The notes beneath the pieces were generated by a model that worked only from the letters and a program-made list of their open reading frames with translations, was not told the origin of the DNA and did no database searches. A program made the translations under genes and the position numbers. Source: Reclinomonas americana ATCC 50394 (Eukaryota). Taken from it: a stretch of DNA of 64,000 bases. The stretch spans positions 62,001 to 126,000 of the forward strand of contig PS015009.1 in the NCBI GenBank assembly GCA_048213135.1. Reading direction: 5' to 3'. Positions 38,991-49,852 of this stretch are shown piece by piece (position 1 is the stretch's first letter; each line of letters starts with the position of its first letter).

Positions 38991-39995
38991 TTAAAAATAG
39001 TTAAGACCCATTGCCGTCCTTACTTCTTTCATGGTAGCGGCGGCGCTGGCATTGCCTTTTTCGGCTCCCTTACGCATGACATCCGACAGGTATTTTTCGT
39101 CCTGCAGAATATCATTCACCTTACGGCGGATAGGGCTGATGAAGTTCACCATATCCTCACCCAGTTGCTTTTTCATATCACCATAACGTATCGTACAGTT
39201 GTTGAAATCGGCCTCGAATTTCTGAACGGTATCTTCGGCGCTTACGAGTTTCATGAGGGTGAACAGGTTTTCGATATAATCAGGTTTGATGGAGTTCATT
39301 TCCGTTGGACCACTGTCGGTTTTGGCTTTCATCACTTTTTTCCTGATCTGGTCGTCTTCATCGGCCAGGTATAAAGTAGCTACACCATTTTCGCTCTTGC
39401 TCATTTTTCCGGAGCCGTCGAGGCTTGGCACTTTCACCAGTTCTCCGCCAAAATTGAAGGCCACTGGTTCGGGAAATACTTCACCATAGCGGTGATTGAA
39501 ACGGTTGGCAAAAGTGCGGGCCATTTCCAGGTGCTGCTCCTGGTCCTTACCCACGGGTACATATTTGGCCCGGTGCAGAATGATGTCGGCGGTTTGCAAC
39601 ACAGGATAGGTCAGCAGGCCGGCATTCACATTCTCAGGGTGCTGCCTTACCTTATCCTTAAAGGTCACTGTTTTTTCCAGTTCGCCCTTATAGGCCAGCA
39701 TATTGAGATAGAGATAGAGTTCAGATGTTTCCCGTAAATGGCTCTGGCAATAGAAAGCCGCTTTTTCGGGATCGAGTCCGCAGGCGATATTTTCAGCCAG
39801 CACGCGGTGTACATTGGCCTTAAGCTCTTTCGTGTCGGGATGGGTAGTGAGTGAGTGCAGGTCGGCCACCATAAAATAGCATTCAAATTCTTCCTGCATT
39901 TTCACGTAGTTGCGGATGGCCCCGAAATAGTTGCCCAGGTGTAAAAAACCCGTGGGACGGATGCCGCTCATAACGATGTCGCGTTTCTTTTCCAT
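38991..39995 (-). CDS. trpS: Tryptophan--tRNA ligase
   Basis: SGIRPTG, HLGN, VPVGKDQEQH and KMSKS motifs. Confidence 0.97.
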   Translation of the reverse strand: MEKKRDIVMSGIRPTGFLHLGNYFGAIRNYVKMQEEFECYFMVADLHSLTTHPDTKELKANVHRVLAENIACGLDPEKAAFYCQSHLRETSELYLYLNMLAYKGELEKTVTFKDKVRQHPENVNAGLLTYPVLQTADIILHRAKYVPVGKDQEQHLEMARTFANRFNHRYGEVFPEPVAFNFGGELVKVPSLDGSGKMSKSENGVATLYLADEDDQIRKKVMKAKTDSGPTEMNSIKPDYIENLFTLMKLVSAEDTVQKFEADFNNCTIRYGDMKKQLGEDMVNFISPIRRKVNDILQDEKYLSDVMRKGAEKGNASAAATMKEVRTAMGLNYF

Positions 39996-40060
39996 AAGAC
40001 GGCGAAGTTAATAATTACGAATTACGAATTACGAATTTGGCTGGCTTTTATCCTGTATTC

Positions 40061-40197
40061 TGCATCTTTGACAACCTTTGCCTGGCACCGGGGTCTCGCT
40101 TACGCGAAGACACCCGGCGGAACGAAGATGTCACTGGTCGAAGATGTCACTGGTCGAAGACCAAGCGACGGAATCTGGTATCTGGCATCCTGTATCC
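40061..40197 (-). repeat. Inverted copy of the ~120-bp dispersed repeat with an internal 16-nt duplication
   Basis: Reverse complement matches the 50560-50900 units; GAAGATGTCACTGGTC is duplicated. Confidence 0.85.
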
Positions 40198-40234
40198 CTC
40201 CTCCCGCATCCTTAAATTGCCTACATTTGTTATC

Positions 40235-40525
40235 ATGGAAGTAAATGACGCATTGATCGATAAACTGGCTCACCTTTCGAGGTTGCAGTTTAATGAGGCG
40301 GAAAAGGGGCAGATCAGGGAAAAGCTGCAGCGGATGATCGTATTCGTGGAAAAGCTGAATGAATTGGACACAACCGGTGTTGAACCCCTCCTGCATATGA
40401 GCGAAAACACCAATGTACTGCGGGATGACGAGTTGAAAGGCAGCATCAGCCGTGCCGAAGGACTGCAGAACGCACCTTTGAAAGACGATCATTTCTTCAA
40501 AGTTCCGAAAGTGATCAAAAAATAA
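40235..40525 (+). CDS. gatC: Asp-tRNA(Asn)/Glu-tRNA(Gln) amidotransferase subunit C
   Basis: [22 protein letters not shown] and FFKVPKVI motifs; -7 box TACATTTG at 40222. Confidence 0.92.
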   Translation: MEVNDALIDKLAHLSRLQFNEAEKGQIREKLQRMIVFVEKLNELDTTGVEPLLHMSENTNVLRDDELKGSISRAEGLQNAPLKDDHFFKVPKVIKK

Positions 40526-40538
40526 ACTGTACAGCAGT

Positions 40539-41252
40539 ATGGAAAGCATCATCCGCCTGGAAGGCATCCGCAAAAGTTATTACCTGGGTAAGCAGGAGTT
40601 GCCGGTGCTTAAAGGCATCAGCACAGATATTGCCCGGAATGAATACGTGGCGCTGATGGGGCCCAGCGGCTCGGGTAAATCCACCCTGATGAATATCCTC
40701 GGCTGCCTCGACTCTCCCACCGGCGGTAAATATATCCTCAACGGCAAAGATGTAAGCCGTATGGCCGATAATGACCTGGCCGATGTACGCAACAAAGAAA
40801 TTGGCTTTGTTTTCCAGCAATTCAACCTGCTGGCCCGCCTTACCGCCCTTGAAAATGTGGCCCTGCCCCTGGTGTACAGTGGCGTTGGCCGTAAGGAGCG
40901 TATGGACAGGGCGATGGATGTATTGAAAAAAGTAAAGCTGGAAGACCGCAGTCATCACAAACCCAACGAACTCAGCGGCGGGCAGTGCCAGCGTGTGGCG
41001 ATCGCCCGGGCACTCATCAATAATCCTTCTATCATTCTCGCGGACGAACCTACGGGTAACCTGGATACCAAGACTTCCTACGAGATCATGGACATCCTGG
41101 GAAAGATACACGCCGACGGCAATACCGTGGTACTGGTAACCCACGAAGAAGATATTTCGCAATATGCCCGCCGGGTAGTGCGCCTGCGTGACGGACTGAT
41201 CGAAAGCGATAAACTGAATGCAACTCCCCAAACCGGGCAGGTAACCGCCTGA
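40539..41252 (+). CDS. ABC transporter ATP-binding protein (LolD/MacB family)
   Basis: [13 protein letters not shown] and ADEPTGNLD motifs. Confidence 0.92.
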   Translation: MESIIRLEGIRKSYYLGKQELPVLKGISTDIARNEYVALMGPSGSGKSTLMNILGCLDSPTGGKYILNGKDVSRMADNDLADVRNKEIGFVFQQFNLLARLTALENVALPLVYSGVGRKERMDRAMDVLKKVKLEDRSHHKPNELSGGQCQRVAIARALINNPSIILADEPTGNLDTKTSYEIMDILGKIHADGNTVVLVTHEEDISQYARRVVRLRDGLIESDKLNATPQTGQVTA

Positions 41253-41277
41253 TCCGGCTCATTTCAAAGCAACAGCA

Positions 41278-41844
41278 ATGGCCAGTAAGATATATACCAA
41301 AACAGGCGACCTGGGCAAGACCAGCCTGATAGGTGGTACCAAAGTGCCCAAAAGCCATATCCGTATAGAAGCCTACGGCACGGTAGATGAGCTGAACTCC
41401 TACATCGGCCTCACCAGTGATCTTATACCGCATGACGAGTCCCGGGCCATGCTGAACGAGATACAGGACCGCCTGTTTACCGTGGGTTCGTCGCTGGCCT
41501 GCGACCCCGATAAGGAACCCCTTATGAAGATCCCCGACCTGAAAGAAGAGGACATCAGTTTACTGGAGCAGGAGATTGATAAAATGAACACGGAACTACC
41601 TGTGATGAAGTCCTTTATACTTCCCGGGGGACATCCCGCCGTTTCTACCGCACACATCACCCGTTGTGTTTGCCGCCGTGCCGAACGGCTTTGCGTAAAT
41701 ATGCAGGTACAGGAAATATTCGTAGATCCGCTTGTGATCAAATACCTGAACCGGTTAAGCGATTATTTATTCGTGCTGGCCCGTTATGCAGGGCATATTC
41801 TTGGAATAGCGGAACTGGCCTGGAAACCGAGAATAAACAAATAG
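41278..41844 (+). CDS. PduO-type cob(I)alamin adenosyltransferase
   Basis: KIYTKTGD, YGTVDELN, RRAER and YLNRLSDYLF motifs. Confidence 0.93.
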   Translation: MASKIYTKTGDLGKTSLIGGTKVPKSHIRIEAYGTVDELNSYIGLTSDLIPHDESRAMLNEIQDRLFTVGSSLACDPDKEPLMKIPDLKEEDISLLEQEIDKMNTELPVMKSFILPGGHPAVSTAHITRCVCRRAERLCVNMQVQEIFVDPLVIKYLNRLSDYLFVLARYAGHILGIAELAWKPRINK

Positions 41845-41941
41845 TGTGAATATGGCTCAATATGAAAATTTGAAAATCAGGATGATTCTTCCAATCATGT
41901 AAAGCCTCCTTTCATTTTCACATTGTCAAATCTTCAAATTT

Positions 41942-42595
41942 TCAAATTAACATCTTCCCATCCTTCATCTGCAATACCCTGTCGCTCATTTTTGCGAGTT
42001 CTTCATTGTGTGTAACGATAAGAAAAGCCTGGTTGAACTGCTGCCGCAGGTTAAAAAACAGCTGGTGAAGTTCTTTGGCATTGGCGCTGTCGAGGTTGCC
42101 GGTAGGCTCGTCGGCCATAACAATGGAGGGATTATTGATGAGCGCCCTGGCCACGGCCACCCGTTGCTGTTCGCCGCCCGATAATTGCTGGGGCTTGTTT
42201 TCCAGCCTTTCGCCCAGTCCGAGTGTTTGCAGCAGGTTCACCGCCCGGTCCTGCACGTCTTTTTTACGTGTACCCGCTATCCAGCCAGGAATACATACGT
42301 TTTCCAGGGCGGTAAACTCGGGCAGCAGGTGGTGGAACTGGAATACAAAGCCGATATGTTTATTGCGGAATGCAGCCAGGCCTGATCCTTCCAGCCGGTC
42401 GATACGCTTGCCGGCGAGGCTGATCTGCCCCTGGTCGGCCTTATCGAGGGTACCCAGGATATGCAGCAGGGTGCTTTTACCGGCGCCGGAAGAGCCTACA
42501 ATACTGACGATCTCGCCCGGGTTTACGGTAATATCGACCCCCCTGAGCACCGGGAGACGGCCATAATTTTTTTGTATGCCTGTGGCTGATAACAT
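41942..42595 (-). CDS. lolD: Lipoprotein-releasing ABC transporter ATP-binding protein
   Basis: GSSGAGKSTLLH, FQFHHLLPEFTALEN and LSGGEQQR motifs. Confidence 0.85.
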   Translation of the reverse strand: MLSATGIQKNYGRLPVLRGVDITVNPGEIVSIVGSSGAGKSTLLHILGTLDKADQGQISLAGKRIDRLEGSGLAAFRNKHIGFVFQFHHLLPEFTALENVCIPGWIAGTRKKDVQDRAVNLLQTLGLGERLENKPQQLSGGEQQRVAVARALINNPSIVMADEPTGNLDSANAKELHQLFFNLRQQFNQAFLIVTHNEELAKMSDRVLQMKDGKMLI

Positions 42596-42742
42596 GCCCC
42601 GAAAGTAATTAATAATTGTAAATTCCGGTTATACGCTAAAAGTGGTCATTTTGTTAAAATATTCCCTTGTTACGACCGTTGAAAAAACACTTTTGGTTAT
42701 TTCGTACGAACTTATACATTTGCAAAAAATAAACCGCATAGA

Positions 42743-42964
42743 ATGTTTTGGACACTAGAACTGGCTTCGCATCTTGAAGATGCCCCATGGCCCGCAACAA
42801 AAGACGAACTGATCGACTATTCCATCCGCAGCGGAGCTCCCATTGAGGTAGTGGAGAACCTGCAGGAACTGGAAGATGAAGGTGAGATCTATGAGGGCCT
42901 TGAAGACATATGGCCGGATTATCCCAGCCAGGAAGATTTCTTTTTTAATGAAGACGAATACTGA
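42743..42964 (+). CDS. DUF2795 family small acidic protein
   Basis: MFWTLELASHLEDAPWPATKDELID; -7 box TACATTTG at 42715; terminator at 42994-43026. Confidence 0.88.
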   Translation: MFWTLELASHLEDAPWPATKDELIDYSIRSGAPIEVVENLQELEDEGEIYEGLEDIWPDYPSQEDFFFNEDEY

Positions 42965-43128
42965 TCGTTGATAAAAAGATTATACCCTACGCAAAAGAGG
43001 TTGCCGTTCAGCAACCTCTTTTTTTATGTGGTTATGAGCCTCCCCTGCCGGGATGACCGCAGTGAAGGATCTGTTTGTATCAGAAGAACTTAATTTTTAA
43101 ATCGAGCCATCTTCAAATTTTCACATCA

Positions 43129-43941
43129 TTATTTCTCCATCTGGTTCACCACTTCTTCCGTTACACCGGTATAAGAGAAGCCCCCATCGTGGAAGAGGTT
43201 TTGCATGGTTACCATCCTGGTCATATCACTGAACATCATTACGCAGTAATTGGCACAGTCCTCGGAGCTGGCATTTCCCAGCGGGCTCATTTTTTCGGCA
43301 TAGGTCATAAACCCGTCGAAGCCTTTTACACCGCTGCCTGCTGTAGTGCGTACAGGCGATTGAGAGATCGTATTGACACGTACATGTTTTTTCACGCCAT
43401 AATGATAACCGAAACTGCGGGCGATACTTTCCAAAAGCGATTTGGCGTCGGCCATTTCATTGTAGTCGGGGAACACACGCTGGGAAGCTATATAACTCAG
43501 CGCTACCACGCTGCCCCATTCATTGATGGCATCCATCTTCATAGCAGTGGCCAGTACGCGGTGCAGGCTGGTGGCCGATATGTCGAGTGACTTGGCATTA
43601 AAGCCGTAGTCGATCTCCGTATAATGTTTTCCCTTGCGTACGTTAATGCTCATACCAATGGAGTGAAGAATAAAATCAACACCACCGCCAAAATGTTCCA
43701 TGGTTTTGGTGAACAGGTTGGCCACATCTTCATTCAGGCTCACGTCACAGGCTATAACGGGAGCATTCACTATTTCGGCGAGTTTATTGATCTCTCCCAT
43801 ACGCATGGCCACCGGCGCATTGCTGAGCACCAGTTCCGCTCCTTCTTCATGACATTTTAAAGCGGTTTTCCAGGCAATGGACCGATCATCCAGCGCCCCG
43901 AATATGATTCCTTTTTTCCCTTTGAGGAGGTTGTACGACAT
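43129..43941 (-). CDS. fabI: Enoyl-ACP reductase
   Basis: GKKGIIFG...SIAW, YNEMADAK and RVNTISQSP motifs. Confidence 0.92.
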   Translation of the reverse strand: MSYNLLKGKKGIIFGALDDRSIAWKTALKCHEEGAELVLSNAPVAMRMGEINKLAEIVNAPVIACDVSLNEDVANLFTKTMEHFGGGVDFILHSIGMSINVRKGKHYTEIDYGFNAKSLDISATSLHRVLATAMKMDAINEWGSVVALSYIASQRVFPDYNEMADAKSLLESIARSFGYHYGVKKHVRVNTISQSPVRTTAGSGVKGFDGFMTYAEKMSPLGNASSEDCANYCVMMFSDMTRMVTMQNLFHDGGFSYTGVTEEVVNQMEK

Positions 43942-43981
43942 ATGAATGTGTTTAGTGAATTGAGTGGTAAAAATAATACTC

Positions 43982-44191
43982 TTATCCTTTAAAGAAAAAC
44001 TCTTTGTACTGAAATATCACCAGTCCCGCAACCAGGCTCAGCACAAAAACCAGCAACAGGTGCAGGCCCACAAAAAGCAGGAAATGGCCGAATGAGCGAC
44101 GGGGGTCAATATAACGCTTCATCAACTGACGCGGATACCAGGCGGCAGCCATAAGGAGCAGGATCAGTAAAAGCAGGGCAATTTTTCCCAT
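43982..44191 (-). CDS. Small membrane protein (2 TM), hypothetical
   Basis: Hydrophobic 69-aa ORF, co-oriented between recN and fabI. Confidence 0.65.
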   Translation of the reverse strand: MGKIALLLLILLLMAAAWYPRQLMKRYIDPRRSFGHFLLFVGLHLLLVFVLSLVAGLVIFQYKEFFFKG

Positions 44192-44205
44192 ATCATCGCG
44201 GTTTA

Positions 44206-45873
44206 TCAGTTGCCCAGCATTTCCCTGGCGTTCTGTAAAGCAGCGGCAGTAGGCTTTTCGCCGCTCAGCATCTGGGCGATGGCATTGATGCGCTCGTCAT
44301 TATTGAGCAGTTTCACCGCGGTAACGATCCTGTCTTTTTGTATGCTTTTGTAAACAAAATAATGGGCGTCGGCACGTGCCGCTATCTGTGGCTGGTGCGT
44401 AATGGCAATGAGCTGGTGACTGCCGGCGAGGTCTTTCATGATTTGTCCCACCTGTCGGGCCGCTTCCCCGCTGATGCCGGTATCGATCTCATCGAATATA
44501 AGGGTAGGCAATTGCAGACTTTTGGCCACCAGCGATTTGATGCACAGCATCAGCCTGCTCAGTTCACCACCACTGGCTACCTTACGCAGCGGTTCAAAGC
44601 GATCGCTTTTATTGCCGTCGAATAAGAAGTCGATATCATCGGCACCGGTATAGTGAAAGCCTGTGGCAGTTGACAACGATACTTTAAAACGTGCATTGGG
44701 CATGCCCACCTGCGCCAGTAACCGGTTTACGCTGGTTTCAAAACCAGGCACAGCTTTGTTCCTGCGTTTGGACAATTGTCCCGACAGCTCTTTCACCTGT
44801 TGCAATAACGCGGCAACTTCTTTTTCCTGGGCGGTAATACTTTCGCCAATGTTGAGGATATTATCGAGTTGCTCCTGCAGGTTATTCTTTATACCGATCA
44901 GCTCATTCGTTGTGGTAACACCGTGCTTCTTCTGCAGTTTATAACCTGCGGACAGGCGTTCGTTGATGAGTTGTATGCGATCGGGATTGTATTGTACCGT
45001 ATCGTTGATGTGTTCCAGTTCCGCGGCAATATCTTTCAGTTCCAGCTGCGCACTCTGCATGCGTGTGGTAAGGCCTTCAATGGCGCCGTGGTAAGGTGCT
45101 AATGCCTGCAACTTGCCCGTCAGTGACCGCAGTTGCTGTACAATGGGCTGCTCGGCTTCGGAGAGTTCGAAACACACGGCCGACAACTGCTGCTTTACCG
45201 ATTCGGCATTGCTCAGCAGTTTCAGTTCCGCGTCCATGTTCTCCAGTTCATTTTCCTGCAGGTTCAGCTCTTCCAGTTCATCGAAAAGAAAACGGTTATA
45301 ATCCAGTGTGGCATTGGCCTCCGCCTGCCGTTTGCGTTGCGTTTCCAGTTCCTTTTCTGCCCGCTGGTATTGATTATAAACCTGCTGGTAATTACTGAGC
45401 ACAGTTTCATTGTCAGCCAGCGCATCCAGTACTTCCTGCTGAAAATCCGAGTCGCCCAGTTCGAGCGTATCGAATTGCTGGTGCAGGTCAACCAGCAAAC
45501 CTGCCAGTTGTTTCAACTGCGACAGGTTCACGGGTGTATCATTCACAAACGCCCTCGATTTTCCGGTAGCGGATATCTCCCGCCTGATCAGCAGTTCTTC
45601 TTCCCATTCCAGTTCATGTTCTTCAAAAAAAGAACGGATCGCTTTCCTGCCCTGTAATGCTGCCGCATTAAAACTTCCTTCCACCACGCATTTCTTTTCC
45701 TTGTCCTGCAGGATGCTGGTATCGGCCCTTTCGCCGAGGATAAGACTGAGTGCTCCCATGAGTATACTTTTCCCCGCGCCGGTTTCACCGGTAATGATGT
45801 TGAGCTGCGGAGCAAAGTCAATGGTCAGCTCTTCAATAATGGCGTAGTGCAGTATGTGTAATCGCGTTAGCAT
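44206..45873 (-). CDS. recN: DNA repair protein RecN
   Basis: TGETGAGKS, ASGGELSR, FDEIDTGISG and ITHQPQIA motifs. Confidence 0.96.
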   Translation of the reverse strand: MLTRLHILHYAIIEELTIDFAPQLNIITGETGAGKSILMGALSLILGERADTSILQDKEKKCVVEGSFNAAALQGRKAIRSFFEEHELEWEEELLIRREISATGKSRAFVNDTPVNLSQLKQLAGLLVDLHQQFDTLELGDSDFQQEVLDALADNETVLSNYQQVYNQYQRAEKELETQRKRQAEANATLDYNRFLFDELEELNLQENELENMDAELKLLSNAESVKQQLSAVCFELSEAEQPIVQQLRSLTGKLQALAPYHGAIEGLTTRMQSAQLELKDIAAELEHINDTVQYNPDRIQLINERLSAGYKLQKKHGVTTTNELIGIKNNLQEQLDNILNIGESITAQEKEVAALLQQVKELSGQLSKRRNKAVPGFETSVNRLLAQVGMPNARFKVSLSTATGFHYTGADDIDFLFDGNKSDRFEPLRKVASGGELSRLMLCIKSLVAKSLQLPTLIFDEIDTGISGEAARQVGQIMKDLAGSHQLIAITHQPQIAARADAHYFVYKSIQKDRIVTAVKLLNNDERINAIAQMLSGEKPTAAALQNAREMLGN

Positions 45874-45993
45874 GATGAGCAGGCAAATTAGTCAATTAAT
45901 GGACAGTTCACAACGGGTAATCCGACAATTAACGACAAAAAAATTACCAATGAGTTCATCATTGGTAATTCGTAATCAATAATTCGTAATTAT

Positions 45994-46749
45994 TTATTTC
46001 ACCTCTACAGAGTCATTCAAATCGCTGTCAACAAGAATACGTCCGCAGTTCTCACACACCATTACTTTCTTGCGCAGTTTAATCTCGCTCTGTTTTTGAG
46101 GAGGAATAGCGTGGAAGCAACCACCGCAGCTGTCCCTTTCTACCGGTACTACGGCCAAGCCGTTGCGGTAGTTCTTGCGGATGCGGTCGTAGCTCAGCAG
46201 CAGGCGTTCATCTACCTGTTTGCGGGCATCTTCTTCCTGCTTGCGGTAGTCTTTTTCTTCTTTTTCGGTTTCGCCGATGATCTTTTCCAGTTCGCCTTTT
46301 TTACCGCTCAGGTTGCCTTCTTTATTGGCAACAGCTTTCTTGGCAATTTCCAGTTGACGTGCTTTTTCAGCGATCTCTTCTGTGGCGTCCTTAATATGTT
46401 TTTCGCAAAGTTTCACTTCCAGCGTTTGCATTTCGATCTCTTTGTTGATCGCTTCAAATTCGCGGTTGTTCTTTACGTTTTCGCTTTGTTTTTCGTATTT
46501 TTTGATCAGGGCTTCCGCTTCCTTGATACCTTCTTTCTTCTGCTCAATGAATTCCTGTATACCATTGATCTCTTCTTCCACGCGGGTTTGCCTGGCATGT
46601 AACCCTTCAATCTCATCTTCCAGGTCCTTTACTTCCATGGGCAGTTCGCCTTTGAGGATCTGGATCTCATCCAGCTTGCAATCCACTTTCTGTAACCTGA
46701 CCAGTGCGCTTAATTTTTCTTCAACGGAGAAATCTTTTACTGAAGCCAT
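45994..46749 (-). CDS. Coiled-coil protein with C4-type zinc ribbon (CT398/HP0958-like)
   Basis: Long coiled coil followed by CGGC...CENCGRIL; downstream of the Nif3 gene. Confidence 0.88.
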   Translation of the reverse strand: MASVKDFSVEEKLSALVRLQKVDCKLDEIQILKGELPMEVKDLEDEIEGLHARQTRVEEEINGIQEFIEQKKEGIKEAEALIKKYEKQSENVKNNREFEAINKEIEMQTLEVKLCEKHIKDATEEIAEKARQLEIAKKAVANKEGNLSGKKGELEKIIGETEKEEKDYRKQEEDARKQVDERLLLSYDRIRKNYRNGLAVVPVERDSCGGCFHAIPPQKQSEIKLRKKVMVCENCGRILVDSDLNDSVEVK

Positions 46750-46758
46750 ATGTGTTTG

Positions 46759-47856
46759 TTATTTAAAGTATTGAACAGGATTGGTAGACAGCCCTGTTTT
46801 TAGGACGGCAAAGTTAAGGAATTTTTCCCGCAAAACATCAACCAGCAGGTCTATGCTGAACTGCTCGCTCTCGTAGTGGCCTATATCGGCGATCACCAGC
46901 TGGTTGTTGGCGTCAAAGAACTCGTGGTATTTCACGTCACCGGTGATGTAAAAGTCAGCCCCGGCAGCCACTGCCGCCCCCGTAAGGAAGCTCCCGGCAC
47001 CCCCGCAAAGGGCTACTTTCCGCACTTTTTTACCTGTCAGGGGGGTATGGCGGATCACCTGCAGGTCAAAAGCCGTCTTCAGCTGCTGTAAAAAGGCGGT
47101 TTCTTCCACATTTTCAGGCAGTTCGCCCACCAGCCCACTACCCGTTTGGGCATAGGAATTGTCGATGCCGATGACCTCGTACGCCACTTCCTCGTAAGGA
47201 TGGCTCGCCAGCAGGGCTTTCAGTATGGCCCTTTCCTTCCAGCTTTCAAATACCAGTTCCAGCTTCATTTCCTTTTCATAGTGCCGCTCCCCTTCTTTAC
47301 CAACAAAAGGATTAGTGCCGGGCCCGGGTTTAAAGCTGCCTTCGCCCCCGGTGCTGAAACTGCATTCGGTATAGTTACCAATACCTCCCGCCCCGGCGGC
47401 AAAAAGCGCTTCCCGCACCTTATCCAATTGTTCCACCGGCACATAGGTATACAGTTTTTTCAGCATGCCTTTTTTGGGCAGCAGCACTTGCCTGTTCTGC
47501 AATCCCAGCCGGTCGGCCATGGTAGCGCTTACCCCGTCGATCACATTATCGAGGTTGGTATGTATGGCATAAATGGCGATGTCGTTTTTAATGGCGGCAA
47601 TGATGGTCTTTTCCACGTAATTGCGCCCGGTGATCTTTTTCAGTCCCCCGAAAATGATGGGGTGATGGGCCACCACCAGGTTGCAGCCCCTGGCCACGGC
47701 TTCCATAACGATCGCCTCCGTGGCATCAAGACTTACCAGCACGCCTGTACATCCGGCATGGGGATTGCCCGTCAACAAACCGGCATTGTCGTAACTTTCC
47801 TGCAAAACCGGCGGCGCCATGGCTTCCAGATGGGAAATGATGTCCTGGATGATCAT
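46759..47856 (-). CDS. Nif3-like dinuclear metal centre protein
   Basis: YDNAGL, HHPIIF, HTNLD, HPYEEVAY and GHYESE motifs. Start trimmed to MIIQDII. Confidence 0.92.
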   Translation of the reverse strand: MIIQDIISHLEAMAPPVLQESYDNAGLLTGNPHAGCTGVLVSLDATEAIVMEAVARGCNLVVAHHPIIFGGLKKITGRNYVEKTIIAAIKNDIAIYAIHTNLDNVIDGVSATMADRLGLQNRQVLLPKKGMLKKLYTYVPVEQLDKVREALFAAGAGGIGNYTECSFSTGGEGSFKPGPGTNPFVGKEGERHYEKEMKLELVFESWKERAILKALLASHPYEEVAYEVIGIDNSYAQTGSGLVGELPENVEETAFLQQLKTAFDLQVIRHTPLTGKKVRKVALCGGAGSFLTGAAVAAGADFYITGDVKYHEFFDANNQLVIADIGHYESEQFSIDLLVDVLREKFLNFAVLKTGLSTNPVQYFK

Positions 47857-47873
47857 AAAATAAACAATTGAAG

Positions 47874-49373
47874 ATGAACAGCAACGAACTGTACAACGAG
47901 TATAAGACAAAGATGCAAAAAATAGCCGACGTAAAATATGCTTCGGCCGTATTGCAATGGGACCAGGAAACCTACCTGCCACCCAAAGGCGCTGAAGCCA
48001 GGGGACGGCAACTGGCCACCCTCAGCGAGATCGCCCATGAACAATTTACCGATGAAAAACTCGGCGACCTGCTTCGCCGGCTGAACGACAGTCCTGATCT
48101 TGATATTCCTTCGAAAAAGAATGTACAGCTGAGCCTGGAAGATTATGACCGCAATAAAAAATTCAAAAGCGATTTCGTGCGCAAAATGACCGAAGCGGTG
48201 AACCGCAGCTTTCACGCGTGGATACAAGCCCGCAAGGAAAATAATTTCGCCGTTTTTCAGCAACCACTCGATGAACTGGTGACACTCAAAAAACAGGAGG
48301 CTGATATTCTCGGTTATGAACGCCATCCCTACGATGCACTGATGAATGACTATGATAAAGGCCTTACCGTATCTGCCACCGATGCACTCTTCGCTAACTT
48401 ACGACCACGGCTGAGTGAATTGCTGGATAAAGTGATGAACCAACCTCAGGCTGATAACAGTTTTCTCCACCAACATTTTGGCAAAGACAAACAATGGAGC
48501 TTTGGCACCGGTATTCTTAAACGCATGCATTTTGACTGGGAAGCAGGGCGGCAGGACATCAGCGAACATCCTTTCACTACTAATTTCAGCAACAACGATG
48601 TAAGGGTGACCACCCGCATAGATGAGAATGATTTTGGCAACATGACCTGGAGCTGCATTCACGAAGGCGGACATGCTTTATATGAGCAGGGCCTGCCATC
48701 GGAACAATACGGCCTCCCGCTCGGTGAATACTGCAGCCTGAGCATTCATGAAAGCCAGAGCCGGCTGTGGGAGAATAATGTAGGCCGCGGACTCCCTTTC
48801 TGGCAATACAACTATGGCCTGTTACAGGAAACATTTCCCGATCCTTTTCATGACCTGCCCGTGGAAGATTTTTACAAAGGCATCAACAAAGTGGAACCGT
48901 CGCTCATCCGCACCGAGGCCGATGAACTTACGTATCATTTCCATGTCATGATCCGGTACGAGATCGAGAAAATGCTGATCGACGGCAGCATCAGCACCCG
49001 CGATATTCCCGCTTACTGGAATGAGCATTACCTGCGTTACCTGCGGGTTACCGTGCCCGACGACAAACGGGGTTGCCTGCAGGACGTACACTGGAGCCAC
49101 GGCAGCTTTGGTTACTTTGCCACTTACAGCCTGGGCAGCCAGTATGCCGCCCAGTTTTATGCCGCCGCCCAACGCGATCTTCCGCTGCTGGAGCAACAGA
49201 TCGCTTCAGGAGATAACCATACTTTGTTGTTGTGGCTGAGGGAGAACATTCACCAGTACGGCCGCTTGTACACATCGGAAGCGTTGTGCAGGAAACTGAC
49301 CGGCGAAGCGCTCAACAGTGATCATTTTATGAATTACGCGGTGAACAAATACAGCCGCATTTACGGTTTATAA
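47874..49373 (+). CDS. M32 family carboxypeptidase
   Basis: WDQET, HPF, HEGGH, HESQS, IRTEADE and GCLQDVHW motifs. Confidence 0.95.
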   Translation: MNSNELYNEYKTKMQKIADVKYASAVLQWDQETYLPPKGAEARGRQLATLSEIAHEQFTDEKLGDLLRRLNDSPDLDIPSKKNVQLSLEDYDRNKKFKSDFVRKMTEAVNRSFHAWIQARKENNFAVFQQPLDELVTLKKQEADILGYERHPYDALMNDYDKGLTVSATDALFANLRPRLSELLDKVMNQPQADNSFLHQHFGKDKQWSFGTGILKRMHFDWEAGRQDISEHPFTTNFSNNDVRVTTRIDENDFGNMTWSCIHEGGHALYEQGLPSEQYGLPLGEYCSLSIHESQSRLWENNVGRGLPFWQYNYGLLQETFPDPFHDLPVEDFYKGINKVEPSLIRTEADELTYHFHVMIRYEIEKMLIDGSISTRDIPAYWNEHYLRYLRVTVPDDKRGCLQDVHWSHGSFGYFATYSLGSQYAAQFYAAAQRDLPLLEQQIASGDNHTLLLWLRENIHQYGRLYTSEALCRKLTGEALNSDHFMNYAVNKYSRIYGL

Positions 49374-49377
49374 AAAA

Positions 49378-49408
49378 AGAAAGGGACGTAAATTTTACGT
49401 CCCTTTCT
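49378..49408. terminator. Terminator between convergent genes
   Basis: AGAAAGGGACGTAAA/TTTACGTCCCTTTCT inverted repeat. Confidence 0.8.
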
Positions 49409-49427
49409 GCCATATTTTTTGATCCGG

Positions 49428-49685
49428 TTATCCTTTCAGTTTGCCTACCAGGTCAATGTATTCCTGCATGGCAGCATCTTTGGTTTTGCCTTTAAGGGAT
49501 GACCAGGCTTCGTACTTTGCTTTATTGACAAAATCGAAAGGATTGGAAGGGGCTTCGCCATTCACATCGCCTTCGGTGGATTGTTTATACAGAGAGTACA
49601 ATTGAAGGAGAGTTTCATTGCTGGGTTTTTCGCTCAGGGTCTTGCTTTCCGCCGCAGCTTTCTCAAACAGTTCTTTTAGTTCCAT
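49428..49685 (-). CDS. Acyl-CoA-binding protein (ACBP)
   Basis: LYSLYKQSTEGD and KAKYEAW motifs. Confidence 0.92.
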   Translation of the reverse strand: MELKELFEKAAAESKTLSEKPSNETLLQLYSLYKQSTEGDVNGEAPSNPFDFVNKAKYEAWSSLKGKTKDAAMQEYIDLVGKLKG

Positions 49686-49852
49686 GTGTAATTTTTTGCT
49701 AAACTACACATAAGAAAGGGAACGGCGTAATAATTTCGGGTGTGAACCGTTGTAAACCAGGCTGGCTGGTCTTTCTCCGGAAATTAACAACCCCGGAAAA
49801 GAAGAAGTCGTAATTTTAATTCAGGAGATATATCTCCGTCAACCTTCAGAAG

